Position numbers and translations under genes: made by a program | DNA from: an uncultured Thermotogae bacterium | Lineage (GTDB): Bacteria > Bipolaricaulota > Bipolaricaulia > UBA7950 > UBA9294 | DNA length: 64,000 nt | NCBI GenBank assembly: GCA_964447445.1 | Contig: CAYUSW010000065.1 | Span: forward strand, 1,106-65,105 | Direction of reading: 5' to 3' | Notes under the pieces: model-generated | Seen by the model: only the letters and a program-made list of their open reading frames with translations | Told to the model about the DNA's origin: nothing | Database searches by the model: none | Shown here: positions 49,364 to 59,163 of the stretch, one piece after another | Layout: each line of letters starts with the position of its first letter | Position numbering within the stretch: the stretch's first letter is position 1

Positions 49364-50317
49364 ATGGACGAGTTGGTCTTCCCTAAGGAGATCAAGGTCG
49401 CTGAACTCACCGAGACGAGCGGGAGAGTCATCCTTGAGCCGCTCGAGCCTGGGTTCGCAACGACACTGGGCAACGCGATCCGGCGCACGCTTCTCTCGGC
49501 GATTCCGGGAGCGGCGATCACGCGAGTCCGCTTTGCTGGGAAGTATCACGAGTACGACACGATGGAGGGAGTCAAGGAAGACATCCTGGAGATCATCCTA
49601 AACCTCAAAGGCGTTGCGCTGCGCGTCCGAGAAGAGGGCAAGCGTCGCGTGACTCTTGAGAAGAAGGGGCCGGGCGAAGTCAAGGCGGGGGACATCGAGG
49701 TCCCGCCGGGCGTGGAGATCGTCAACCCCGAGCACCACATCGCGACCCTGAATGCAAAGGGAGTTCTTGACATCGAGATGGAGGTCGAGACCGGACTCTC
49801 GTACCTTCCTGCCGAACTCAACCGGTCGGAGGATGCCCCTTTGTCGCAGATCCCGATCGACGCGGAGTTCTCTCCCGTGCGGCGCGTGAACTTCTCGATT
49901 GAAGAGACTCGAGTCGGCGGGAAGTCGGGCTACGAGCGCCTGGTAATTGAGCTCTTGACGAACGGGAGCATCCGGCCCGAAGAAGCTCTGTCCGAGGCGA
50001 GTCGATTGCTGCAGAGGCACCTCGAGCTGTTCCGGAACTTCGCCGAGCATCCGTTTGGCGTAGCGATTGCCGAGTCGGGGCAGGGCGAGGACGAGGAGCT
50101 GGCCATCCCGCTCGCCGAGTTGGACGTCGACCAGCGGGCCTGCAATCTCCTGCAGGAAGCGGACATCACGACCCTCGGTGCCCTTCTTGCCCGGCCCAGA
50201 GAAGAACTGCTCGACATCCACGGATTCGGCGCAAAGACGCTGAGCAAGGTGGAGGATCGGCTGGCCGAGCTCGGCTACTCACTGCGAAGCGAAGGGGAGA
50301 TGCACCATGCGGCATAG
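49364..50317 (+). CDS. rpoA: DNA-directed RNA polymerase subunit alpha
   Basis: Alpha-subunit N-terminal domain plus C-terminal domain (HhH, ...LLARPREELLDIHGFGAKTL). ATG 49364 lies 7 nt after AGGAGG. Confidence 0.93.
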   Translation: MDELVFPKEIKVAELTETSGRVILEPLEPGFATTLGNAIRRTLLSAIPGAAITRVRFAGKYHEYDTMEGVKEDILEIILNLKGVALRVREEGKRRVTLEKKGPGEVKAGDIEVPPGVEIVNPEHHIATLNAKGVLDIEMEVETGLSYLPAELNRSEDAPLSQIPIDAEFSPVRRVNFSIEETRVGGKSGYERLVIELLTNGSIRPEEALSEASRLLQRHLELFRNFAEHPFGVAIAESGQGEDEELAIPLAELDVDQRACNLLQEADITTLGALLARPREELLDIHGFGAKTLSKVEDRLAELGYSLRSEGEMHHAA

Positions 50318-50660
50318 GATGGATGTCGACAAGATGGGAATGCTGCCGAGCCATCGGCGCAGCGTGTTGGCGAACCTGACGAACGCTCTGATCATGCACT
50401 CAAAGGTGGATACGACGTTCATGCGGGCAAAAGCCAGTCAGCGCTACGCGGAGCGGGTCATCACTCTGGCGCGTCGGGGAGATCTCCACGCGCGGCGCTT
50501 GGTCTTCTCACGGCTGCGTGACAAGGATGCGGTGGACAAGCTGTTCACCGAGATCGGCCCCACGTTCAAAGACAGAGCCGGAGGGTACACGCGCGTCGTG
50601 AAGCTGGGTCCCCGACGAGGCGACGGCGCAGAAGAGGCCCGACTCATGCTCGTGCAGTAG
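50307..50660 (+). CDS. rplQ: 50S ribosomal protein L17
   Basis: L17 pattern (MRHR...GGYTRVVKLGPRRGDGA). Confidence 0.92.
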   Translation: MRHRMDVDKMGMLPSHRRSVLANLTNALIMHSKVDTTFMRAKASQRYAERVITLARRGDLHARRLVFSRLRDKDAVDKLFTEIGPTFKDRAGGYTRVVKLGPRRGDGAEEARLMLVQ

Positions 50661-50688
50661 GCTGACGGCCGGCTGGAAGACGACAACG

Positions 50689-50728
50689 AGGGACGACTCC
50701 GCCCGTAGGCAGGCGGAGTCGTCCCTTT
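50689..50728. terminator. rho-independent terminator, likely bidirectional (14-bp perfect stem GGGACGACTCCGCC/GGCGGAGTCGTCCC, 8-nt loop, TTTT on + strand)
   Basis: Read directly from the sequence. It lies between the convergent rplQ (+) and the SDR dehydrogenase gene (-). Confidence 0.8.
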
Positions 50729-50742
50729 TCCGGTTCTTGCGG

Positions 50743-51705
50743 TCAGCGCCGCTGCAACGCCAGCCTCGGACGGAGACGCCGGATCATGTCTTCCGTCATC
50801 GACGCAAGATCGAAGGAAGGCCTCCAATCCCAGTCCCGGCAGGCAGCGGAGTCGTCGATGGACTGCGGCCAGGAATCAGCGATCGCCTGGCGGAAGTCCG
50901 GCTCGTACGCGCACACGAAGCCGGGCATGTGTCGCGCGATCTCGGCTGCCAGGTCGGCAGCGGAGAAACTCATGCCGGCGACATTGTAGTCGCAGTGCCG
51001 CGAGAGGCGAGACGGGTCCGCGTGCATGAGGTTGAGCGTCGCCTGAACGCAGTCCGGCATGTACATCATCGGGAGCACCGTGTCTGGGCGCACGAAGCAG
51101 GTGTATCGGCCGACGCGGAGCGCCTGGTAGAAGATGTCGACGGCGTAGTCCGTCGTGCCGCCGCCCGGCGGGGTCTCGCTGGAAACGATGCCGGGATAGC
51201 GCAACCCGCGGACGTCGAGACCGTAACGCTGAACGTAGTAGTCGCCGAGAAGCTCGCCGGTGACCTTCGTCAGGCCGTACATGGTAGAAGGGCGGAGTAC
51301 GGTCTCCTGGGGTGCAGGACGCCGGGGGGTCTCCGGACCGAACACGGCGATGGAGCTAGGGCAGAAGACGCGCCCCACTCCGCCGGACCTCGAGACCTCG
51401 AGGACGTTGACGAGGCCCGCGATGTTGACATCCCAAGCGAGCTGAGGGTTGGCTTCCCCGGTGGCAGACAGAATCGCCGCGAGATGGTAGATGGTATCGA
51501 TGCGAAGGTCGCGAACGATCTCCTCCAGCCGCGGACGATCTCTCACGTCCAGAGTCTCGAAAGGCCCCTGCGACAGAGACGAGCCCTCCACTGGCGCGCG
51601 AAGGTCGCTGGCGAGGACGTCCGTCGTGCCGTGGCGCTCGCGGAGAGCAGGTGCCAGTTCAGAGCCGACCTGCCCGGAGGCGCCTGTGACCAGAATACGC
51701 TGCAT
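50743..51705 (-). CDS. NAD-dependent epimerase/dehydratase (extended SDR) family protein, L-threonine 3-dehydrogenase-like
   Basis: MQRILVTGASGQVG Rossmann motif and catalytic YxxxK (MYGLTK). Start ATG 51705 is preceded by GGAGGAAG. The track's longer N-terminus (to 51819) is not supported. Confidence 0.75.
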   Translation of the reverse strand: MQRILVTGASGQVGSELAPALRERHGTTDVLASDLRAPVEGSSLSQGPFETLDVRDRPRLEEIVRDLRIDTIYHLAAILSATGEANPQLAWDVNIAGLVNVLEVSRSGGVGRVFCPSSIAVFGPETPRRPAPQETVLRPSTMYGLTKVTGELLGDYYVQRYGLDVRGLRYPGIVSSETPPGGGTTDYAVDIFYQALRVGRYTCFVRPDTVLPMMYMPDCVQATLNLMHADPSRLSRHCDYNVAGMSFSAADLAAEIARHMPGFVCAYEPDFRQAIADSWPQSIDDSAACRDWDWRPSFDLASMTEDMIRRLRPRLALQRR

Positions 51706-51806
51706 GCTTCCTCCCCATCTTGATTCCTGGGTGTGCCGGCGAAGTGTACGCAACGCCGTGAGGCACGGGTAGTGCGACACGATCCGCCGCGCCAACCGGG
51801 CCCGCT

Positions 51807-51835
51807 TTGCGGGACCCAACGTTCCTTCCTATACT
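51807..51835 (+). promoter_or_regulatory. sigma70-like promoter (TTGCGG-17 nt-TATACT) placed about 7 nt upstream of the hyuA ATG (leaderless configuration)
   Basis: Read directly from the sequence. The -10 ends at 51835 and the ATG is at 51843. Confidence 0.4.
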
Positions 51836-51842
51836 GCGGCCC

Positions 51843-53912
51843 ATGGCTCAGGCGGTCGGCATTGACATCGGAGGTACGTTCGTCGATGTGGTCATCGCGA
51901 GCGACTCGGGGGTGTGGATCGCCAAAGAGCCATCCACGGCGGCAGACCCGGCCGTCGGCGTGCTGCGAGCTCTCGACCGACTCCTTGCCGCGGGCGCGAT
52001 CGACCCGCACGAAGTCCAGGGATTGGCACATGGATGCACGGTGGGAACGAACGCGCTTCTCGAAGGCAAGTGGGCGCGGACGGCGCTCGTCACGACCCGC
52101 GGCTTTCGCGACGTGCTCGAGATCGGCAGGCAGAACCGGGAATCGCTTTACGACTTGTCGGCAGTCAAGTCCCCGGCCGTCGTTCCCCGCGATCTTCGTT
52201 TTGAGATCACTGAACGCGTGAGCGCCGACGGTACGGTGCAGACAGCGCTCGACGCAGCCGAAGTCTCGGCGCTTGCCGAGCGACTGAGGGCGGAGGCCGT
52301 GGAGGCCGTGGCGATCGTCTTCCTCTTCTCGTACCTCCACCCCGAGCACGAGCGCACGGCGGGGAGAGTCCTCGCCGAGACTCTCTCGCTGCCGATCGCG
52401 CTGTCGAGCGACGTGCTGCCGGAGATCCGCGAGTACGAGAGAACGTCGACGACGGCGATCTCCGCCGCGCTGCGCCCCGTGATGAGCGCCTATCTCGCAA
52501 GCCTCGAAGAGGGAGGGGCGCGGCGCGGGTTGCCGCGGGCGTGGCGCGTCATGCAGTCGAGCGGAGCAGTCTGCACGTTGGCGCGCGCGCGGGAAGAGCC
52601 CGCGGCTCTTCTCCTCTCGGGCCCCGCAGCGGGTGTCCAGGGAGCCCGGGCTGTGGGGCTTTCCCTAGGTGAGCGAAGCCTCATCACCATGGACATGGGC
52701 GGGACGAGTTGCGACGTCGCGGTCATCAGTGACGGCTCGGTCGAGCGAACGCGGGCAGGAGCGGTGGGCGCCTACCCGGTGGCTCTGCCCATGGTGTCCA
52801 TCCACACGATTGGCGCGGGGGGCGGCAGCGTTGCGTGGGTCGATCGCGGCGGGGCCCTGAGGGTGGGACCGCAGAGCATGGGGGCGGACCCAGGGCCTGC
52901 GTGCTACGGTCGCGGCGGTTGCGCCACCGCAACCGACGCCCATCTTGTGCTCGGACATCTCGCGGCGGACAAGGCCTTGGGTGGCTTACCTCCTCTCGAC
53001 GTCGAGGCAGCGCGGCGCGCGATCATGGGCGACGTCGGTCGCCCGCTGGGGCTGTCTCCAGAGGAGGCGGCGCTGGGGATCCTCGAAGTCGCGGACGCTG
53101 CGATGGAACGGGCGATCCGCGTCGTCACGGTGGAGAAAGGCCGCGACCCTCGCGACTACGCCCTTCTCGTCTTCGGTGGTGCAGGCCCTCTGCACGGCGC
53201 TTCCATCGCGCGGCGTCTCGGTGTGCGGCGCGTCATCGTCCCGAGCGTTGCCGGCGTTCTGTCCGCGTTTGGGCTTCTGGTTGCTGAAACCGGGCATGAC
53301 TACAGCCGCAGCCTGGTGATCCCGTTCGGTCGCCTCGACGCGGCGAAGGCCGGACGAGTGGTGCGAGTGCTCCGGGCGAAGGGAGAGGCGGCGTTGCACT
53401 CTGAGGCGATTGCTGAGGAGAAGATGGAGTTCTTCATGTCGGCGGACGTGCGATACGTAGGGCAGTCTCACGAGCTGACCGTTCCGCTTGAGATGGTCGG
53501 CGAATCGGTCGACGTGGCGGCGCTACGGCGCGCGTTTGAAGTAGCGCACGTGGCGCGGTACGGACACGGATCTCCGACCGAGGAGGCGGAACTCGTGACG
53601 GTGCGGCTTCGCGCCCAGGGCCCGCCGCTTCTCCGGTCCAACGAATTCCGCCTGACGAAGCGCGCACAGCAGGAGGTCGCGGGCCGGGTGTCTGATGTGT
53701 GGTTCGACGCCGCAGGCCCGATTGCGGGGCGCTGGCGCGACCGCGAGACGCTGGCTGAGGGAGAGGACGTTCTTGGCCCGGCGGTTATCACCGGCGAAGA
53801 TGCAACGATCCTCGTGCCGCCGGATGTTCGTGGAACGTGCTGCGCCTGGGGGCACATCATCCTTGAGGTCGGGCGAGACGGAGGGGAGACCGATGGATGC
53901 CATTGCGCTTGA
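51843..53912 (+). CDS. hyuA: hydantoinase/oxoprolinase family protein, A (HyuA-like) subunit
   Basis: AVGIDIGGTFVDVV N-terminal ASKHA ATPase motif. About 690 aa. Confidence 0.82.
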   Translation: MAQAVGIDIGGTFVDVVIASDSGVWIAKEPSTAADPAVGVLRALDRLLAAGAIDPHEVQGLAHGCTVGTNALLEGKWARTALVTTRGFRDVLEIGRQNRESLYDLSAVKSPAVVPRDLRFEITERVSADGTVQTALDAAEVSALAERLRAEAVEAVAIVFLFSYLHPEHERTAGRVLAETLSLPIALSSDVLPEIREYERTSTTAISAALRPVMSAYLASLEEGGARRGLPRAWRVMQSSGAVCTLARAREEPAALLLSGPAAGVQGARAVGLSLGERSLITMDMGGTSCDVAVISDGSVERTRAGAVGAYPVALPMVSIHTIGAGGGSVAWVDRGGALRVGPQSMGADPGPACYGRGGCATATDAHLVLGHLAADKALGGLPPLDVEAARRAIMGDVGRPLGLSPEEAALGILEVADAAMERAIRVVTVEKGRDPRDYALLVFGGAGPLHGASIARRLGVRRVIVPSVAGVLSAFGLLVAETGHDYSRSLVIPFGRLDAAKAGRVVRVLRAKGEAALHSEAIAEEKMEFFMSADVRYVGQSHELTVPLEMVGESVDVAALRRAFEVAHVARYGHGSPTEEAELVTVRLRAQGPPLLRSNEFRLTKRAQQEVAGRVSDVWFDAAGPIAGRWRDRETLAEGEDVLGPAVITGEDATILVPPDVRGTCCAWGHIILEVGRDGGETDGCHCA

Positions 53913-55506
53913 GGTGCTGCGCCATGCGCTCGCCGCCGTCGCAGAGGAGATGAACGCCGACCTCATTCGAACGGCGTACAGCCCCAACATCAACGAGCGG
54001 CGAGACTGCTCGTCCGCGGTGTTCGACCGAGCGGGGAACATGATCGCGCAGGCGGAATCCATCCCCGTGCACCTGGGAGCCATGCCGTGCTCCGTGGCCT
54101 CTGCGATCGAGGAAGTGGCCTTCGCGAGCGGCGACATCGTCGTGGTGAACGACCCGTACGCAGGGGGGGCGCACTTGCCGGACATCACGTTTGTGGCTCC
54201 TGTGTTCCTCGGTGACGACCTCGTGGGGTACGTTGCCAATCGAGCGCACCACGCAGACGTGGGCGGCAAGGAGCCGGGGAGCCTTGCTGGGGACAGCGTC
54301 GAGATCTTCCAAGAGGGGCTGCGCATTCCGCCCGTGCACCTGTGGCGGGGCGGGCGGCTGCAGGAGGACCTACTGTCCCTGATTCTCCTCAATGTCCGCA
54401 CGCCGCGAGAGCGACTCGGCGATCTTCGCGCGCAGGCAGCGGGATGTCGCATGGGAGTGCGCCGAATGCAGGACTTGTTCGCGCGGCACGGCCGCGCGCG
54501 GCTCGCCGCGGGCATGGATGCCGTGCTCGACTACTCCGAACGACGGATGCGACGGGAAATCGAGGGGCTTCCTCGCGGAAGCTTCGAGTTCGAAGATGCC
54601 CTTGACGGCGACGGGATCAGCGATGGGGAAGTCCCGCTTCGCGTTTTGATTCGAGCCGACGGGGACTGTCTGTACGTCGACTTCACGGGGAGCGCGCCGC
54701 AGGTGGCGGGCCCCGTCAACGCCGTGCTTGCCGTCACCTTGTCTGCAACCTACTTCGCGGTCCGGGCGGCGACCGATCCAACGATTCCCGCGAACTCGGG
54801 CTGCTACCGTCCGATCAAAGTCATTGCACAGCAGGGGACCGTCGTGCATGCGGCCGCGCCGGCCGCTGTTGTCGGGGGCAACCTGGAGACGGCGCAGCGG
54901 ATTGTGGATGTGATCCTTGGCGCCTTAGGGCGAGCGTGCCCGGAGCGCGCTCTCGGGGCATGCCAGGGAACGATGAACAACGTCGCCGTGGGTGGGACGG
55001 ATCCGCGGTCGGGCCACGCGTACACCCTGTATGAGACGATCGGCGGAGGGTTCGGCGGGCGAGCGACGGCCGATGGGATGGACGGTGTGCACTCGCACAT
55101 GACAAACACGCTCAACACGCCCATCGAAGCGCTCGAGGCGGCCTATCCGCTCCAGGTGGTGCGCTACGAACTCGCGTCGGGAACCGGAGGAGCGGGCGAG
55201 CACCGCGGGGGCCTCGGGATTCGGCGCGAGATCAGAGCCATCGGGCACGCCGCTCGGGTGTCCCTTCTCACCGATCGCCGTCGCCGCCGACCCTATGGGG
55301 TCCGTGGGGGCGGCGCGGGGGCAGCGGGGCAAGACGCTCTGATTCGGGCGAGCGGCGAGGTGGTGTCTGTTCCCAGCAAGGGATCCATCATCCTCTTGCC
55401 GGGGGACGCGGTCCGCGTGCAGACCCCCGGTGGGGGCGGGTGGGGCGAGCCGGCGCGACGGTCCTCGGATCTGTCGGAGCGGGACCGCCGGGAAGGCCGC
55501 ACGTAG
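53893..55506 (+). CDS. hyuB: hydantoinase B/oxoprolinase family protein (HyuB-like) subunit
   Basis: MDAIALEVLRHAL...NDPYAGGAHLPD is the HyuB signature. Its start overlaps the hyuA 3' end by 20 nt. Confidence 0.82.
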   Translation: MDAIALEVLRHALAAVAEEMNADLIRTAYSPNINERRDCSSAVFDRAGNMIAQAESIPVHLGAMPCSVASAIEEVAFASGDIVVVNDPYAGGAHLPDITFVAPVFLGDDLVGYVANRAHHADVGGKEPGSLAGDSVEIFQEGLRIPPVHLWRGGRLQEDLLSLILLNVRTPRERLGDLRAQAAGCRMGVRRMQDLFARHGRARLAAGMDAVLDYSERRMRREIEGLPRGSFEFEDALDGDGISDGEVPLRVLIRADGDCLYVDFTGSAPQVAGPVNAVLAVTLSATYFAVRAATDPTIPANSGCYRPIKVIAQQGTVVHAAAPAAVVGGNLETAQRIVDVILGALGRACPERALGACQGTMNNVAVGGTDPRSGHAYTLYETIGGGFGGRATADGMDGVHSHMTNTLNTPIEALEAAYPLQVVRYELASGTGGAGEHRGGLGIRREIRAIGHAARVSLLTDRRRRRPYGVRGGGAGAAGQDALIRASGEVVSVPSKGSIILLPGDAVRVQTPGGGGWGEPARRSSDLSERDRREGRT

Positions 55507-55533
55507 ACGCCGAGCCGTTTCTGGAAGAGGGAG

Positions 55534-55992
55534 CTAGGGCTCGGCGGGCGGCGGAGCGGTGAGGGTCGTCTGCCAAGTAAACGTGTACGACGTCCCGTTG
55601 ACGGTGTGCGTTCCGACACCGGACATCGTCGTGGGCGTGACCCGACCGTCGAAGGAGAACTCCACGACGGCCGGCGGCGGGACGAGGTCGTTCGTGCCAG
55701 AGGCCTCGAGGACGACCGTATCTGCGTGGATCTCGGCGCGCGTGATGGGAAGCTGGTACTCCTTCATGCCGGGGCTCGGGAAGGATGCGGTGCCGGTGAT
55801 CGTCCCGTCGCTGCTCTGGAGATCCATCCTGAACGAGCCCGTGATTCCCATCACATGGCCGCTCGTGTACGTGAACGTGCCCCTCCATCTGCCCGTGACA
55901 TCCATGCGCATCACCGGCTGGCAGCCAACGACGCAGGCGAGGAGAACGAATCCGAGGCGACAGAAGAGCGCAAGACGGAGCTTGTTCGACAT
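55534..55992 (-). CDS. lipoprotein of unknown function
   Basis: MSNKLRLALFCRLGFVLLACVVGC is a signal peptide with lipobox-like Cys residues. 152 aa. Confidence 0.5.
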   Translation of the reverse strand: MSNKLRLALFCRLGFVLLACVVGCQPVMRMDVTGRWRGTFTYTSGHVMGITGSFRMDLQSSDGTITGTASFPSPGMKEYQLPITRAEIHADTVVLEASGTNDLVPPPAVVEFSFDGRVTPTTMSGVGTHTVNGTSYTFTWQTTLTAPPPAEP

Positions 55993-56183
55993 CGACAAGG
56001 CAACCACCCAACGCTCATTCTGCGGCCTCGCTGCACGCGGCAGAGGGAACCCTGGGCCGGGCTGTCCGGACATGCGCGCCGTGACAGGGAAGGACGCTGG
56101 ACACCTCGCGGCGGGCGAGGGGGGAAGCGGATCCGATGGGCGCCCTCCTCGGCCTCGTATAATGTCCGGCGGGGGAGAGAGTC

Positions 56184-57032
56184 ATGCCGGAGCTGCCCGA
56201 GGTTGAGGTGATGAGAGAGGTCCTTGAGTCGCGTGTCGTCGGGAAGACCATTCGGGTCGCGAGAGCCTGCAGGCCTGCGATCCTGAAGACCGTCGAGCCG
56301 GGGCTCGAGGCTTTGACCGGGGAGTCCTTCCGACAGGTAACTCGACGCGGGAAGCACCTCATCCTCGCATGTCGAGACGAGCTGTGGCTTGTCGTTCACC
56401 TGATGGTTGCCGGTCGGCTCGTGCTCACGCAGAGCGCGAGCCGGGTGACGAAGGCGACGGGCTTCGTCGTCTCGTTCGTCGATGGCGAGGACCTGAGACT
56501 GGTTGAGAACGGCACGGCGAAGATGGCCAAGGTGCACGTGGTGCGGGATCCGGAGAGCGTGGAATGGGTAGCGCGAAGCGGCGAGGAGCCCCTCGGCTCA
56601 GGCTTCTCGCTTGCTCGTCTGTCGCAGCTGCTCGAGGGAGAGCGCAGGCAACTGAAAAAGCTCATCACGGATCAGGCGTTGATCGCGGGGATTGGGACGG
56701 CGTACGCGGACGAGATTCTGTTCGCCGCCCGAGTGTCGCCGATTCGCTACGCGAACACGCTGGAGGCCGGCGAGATCGAACGACTGCATGCGGCGATCCG
56801 GTGCGTGCTGTCGGCTGCGGTCGAGCGCATACGGCAGGAATCTGCCGGCGCGCTGGTGGGAGAGCGTCGGGGTGTGGGCATGGCTGTGTACAAGCGGTCG
56901 GGCGAGCCGTGCGTCGCGTGCGGAAAGCCGGTCGCCGAGATTCGCTTCGCGGAGACCCGGACGTACTACTGCCCGGAGTGCCAATCCAAGGGCCAGACGA
57001 TCGCCGATCGCCGCGCCTGGCTGCGGCGGTAG
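56184..57032 (+). CDS. mutM: formamidopyrimidine-DNA glycosylase (Fpg/Nei family)
   Basis: MPELPEVE N-terminal catalytic Pro, H2TH region and C-terminal zinc finger (CxxC...CPECQ). Confidence 0.85.
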   Translation: MPELPEVEVMREVLESRVVGKTIRVARACRPAILKTVEPGLEALTGESFRQVTRRGKHLILACRDELWLVVHLMVAGRLVLTQSASRVTKATGFVVSFVDGEDLRLVENGTAKMAKVHVVRDPESVEWVARSGEEPLGSGFSLARLSQLLEGERRQLKKLITDQALIAGIGTAYADEILFAARVSPIRYANTLEAGEIERLHAAIRCVLSAAVERIRQESAGALVGERRGVGMAVYKRSGEPCVACGKPVAEIRFAETRTYYCPECQSKGQTIADRRAWLRR

Positions 57033-57052
57033 AGCCCTCGGACTGACATGTT

Positions 57053-58081
57053 CTAGCAGATGCGGGGCACCGGATCGCCGAGCGGCATGTCGAGGAATCG
57101 GCGCCCGCCTACCTCTGTGGCGAGCACGACGCGCCCCGGGTACTCTGCAGTGACGGTTCCGATGACCGCGGCCGACACGCCTAAGGGATGGGTCCGCAGG
57201 ATTCGTAGCGCATCATCCGTGGCCGCGGAATCGACAATGAGGACAGCCTTGCCTTCGTTGGCAACGTCGAGCGGCGAGATGCCGAGGAGTTCCGAGATGG
57301 CCTGGACCTCGGGGCGGATCGGGATGTCTCGCTCCGCGATCTCGATGCAGGTGCGCGACTTGCGCGCCATCTCGTTGAGCGTTGCTGCAAGGCCGCCGCG
57401 CGTGGGATCCTTCATCGCGTGGACCAGATGGCCAAAGTCGAGCAGAGGGGCGAGCATCGGCCAGAGCGGCGCGACGTCACTGCGGAGAGGTGTGCGGAGC
57501 CGGAACTCGCTCCGCGCCGCGAGCAGTGACATTCCGTGGTCGCCCAGCGTGCCGGTCACGAGAACGCGGTCGCCGACCGAAAGCGCGGCGTCCGAGATCG
57601 CGCGTCGCGCGATCCCGATGCCGGATGTTGTCAGGATGAGACCGTCGAGATCCCCGGCAGGCATGACCTTGGTGTCGCCGCAAGCGACGGCAGCACCGAC
57701 TTCCCGAACGACGGCCGCGAAAGAGTCGAGAATGCGCTCAAGGTCGGCGATCAGGAAGCCCTCCTGGATCACGGCGGCAAGGCTGAGTGCGTACGGTCGC
57801 GCTCCCATGACGGCGAGGTCGTTCAGGGTGCCGCACGCCGCAAGCCGGCCGATGTCGCCTCCTGGGAAGAAGAGGGGCTTGACGATGTGGCTGTCGGTGG
57901 TGAAGACGATCTCGCCGTCCCGTGGCACATCCAGGGTCGCGCCGTCGTCGCCGGCGGAGAGAGAGATCCGGCCCGTGGCCGAGCCGGCCAGTCGGGGAAA
58001 CACGACTCGGGAGAGGAGCTGATCCATGACTTCGCCGCCAGCCCCGTGGAGCGACGTGATTCTTGTCTCGTGGTCGCTCAT
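57053..58081 (-). CDS. hypE: hydrogenase maturation (carbamoyl dehydratase) protein HypE
   Basis: PurM-like fold with C-terminal PRIC motif ending in Cys. Start taken at MSDHETRI (58081); the longer track ORF overlaps hypD. Confidence 0.82.
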   Translation of the reverse strand: MSDHETRITSLHGAGGEVMDQLLSRVVFPRLAGSATGRISLSAGDDGATLDVPRDGEIVFTTDSHIVKPLFFPGGDIGRLAACGTLNDLAVMGARPYALSLAAVIQEGFLIADLERILDSFAAVVREVGAAVACGDTKVMPAGDLDGLILTTSGIGIARRAISDAALSVGDRVLVTGTLGDHGMSLLAARSEFRLRTPLRSDVAPLWPMLAPLLDFGHLVHAMKDPTRGGLAATLNEMARKSRTCIEIAERDIPIRPEVQAISELLGISPLDVANEGKAVLIVDSAATDDALRILRTHPLGVSAAVIGTVTAEYPGRVVLATEVGGRRFLDMPLGDPVPRIC

Positions 58082-59163
58082 AGAGCGGTCTCCCCTTCGT
58101 AGCGGAACCAGATGGCGCAAGCTCCCTCGGCTCCGACCATACACGGTCCTACGGGAGACAAGGGCGTGCATCGGGTTCCGAAGAGCGGGCAGTCGTTGGG
58201 GGCGGTGCGTGCCGTCAGGACCTCTGCGCAGCGGCAGCCCGTATCGTCGTGGCGGGCCGGCATGTCGCCCACCGAGAACCGAGCCCGGGCGTCGACCGCC
58301 TCGAACGACGGACGGAGGCGATAGCCCGACTCGGGCAGGACGCCCATTCCGCGCCAGGCCGCGGCAGTAGGCTCGAAGACCTCATCGAGCAGCTGCAAAG
58401 CCGCCGGATTGCCCTCGTTACGCACAGCGCGCGGATAGCCGTTCTCGACCGCGGCGTGACCGTCATGAATCTGCCGCAGGAGAAGCGCAATGGCGTAGAG
58501 GATGTCCAACGGCTCAAACCCGCCGATCACCACGGGGATGTGGCGCTCCGCAAGCCAAGGCTCGTAGGCGTGAGACCCGATGATGGTCGAGACATGGCCC
58601 GGGGCGAGGAACCCAGCGATGTCGGTGTCCGGAAGGTCGAGAAGTGCTGCCATCGCGGGAGGGATCCGTTTGTGCGCCACGAGGAGCGACAGGTTGGGGG
58701 GAAGTTGCTCGAAGACTAGAGCGGCCGTCATCGGTGCCGTGGTCTCGAATCCGACGGCGAAGAACACGACCTCGCGCGACGTGGTCCGCGCGATGCGTAC
58801 GGCTTCGTCGGCCGAGAGAACGGTCCGGACATCACAGCCGACGGCGCGGGCGGTATCGAGGGAACGGCCGAAGCCCGGCACGCGAAGCATGTCGCCGAAC
58901 GAGCAGATGATGGCCCCGAGCTCGCCCATGCGAATGGCCGTCTCGATGTCGGCGGCCGGAGTCACGCAGACGGGGCACCCCGGACCTTCCAGAACTCGTA
59001 CGGTCTCCGGCAAGAACCGCCGCAGGCCGTGGCGGGTGATGGCGATCTCGTGTGTTCCGCAGACATGGACCAGTTTGACGGGCCTGCGAGGCGCGAGGAG
59101 ACGGATCGCGTCGCTGAGCCGATGGGCGCGGAGGGGATCCGAGAAGTGGAACGGATGGCTCAT
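58078..59163 (-). CDS. hypD: hydrogenase maturation protein HypD
   Basis: CGTHE, GPGCPVC and the C-terminal CxxC...C..C Fe-S motifs. Confidence 0.88.
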   Translation of the reverse strand: MSHPFHFSDPLRAHRLSDAIRLLAPRRPVKLVHVCGTHEIAITRHGLRRFLPETVRVLEGPGCPVCVTPAADIETAIRMGELGAIICSFGDMLRVPGFGRSLDTARAVGCDVRTVLSADEAVRIARTTSREVVFFAVGFETTAPMTAALVFEQLPPNLSLLVAHKRIPPAMAALLDLPDTDIAGFLAPGHVSTIIGSHAYEPWLAERHIPVVIGGFEPLDILYAIALLLRQIHDGHAAVENGYPRAVRNEGNPAALQLLDEVFEPTAAAWRGMGVLPESGYRLRPSFEAVDARARFSVGDMPARHDDTGCRCAEVLTARTAPNDCPLFGTRCTPLSPVGPCMVGAEGACAIWFRYEGETAL

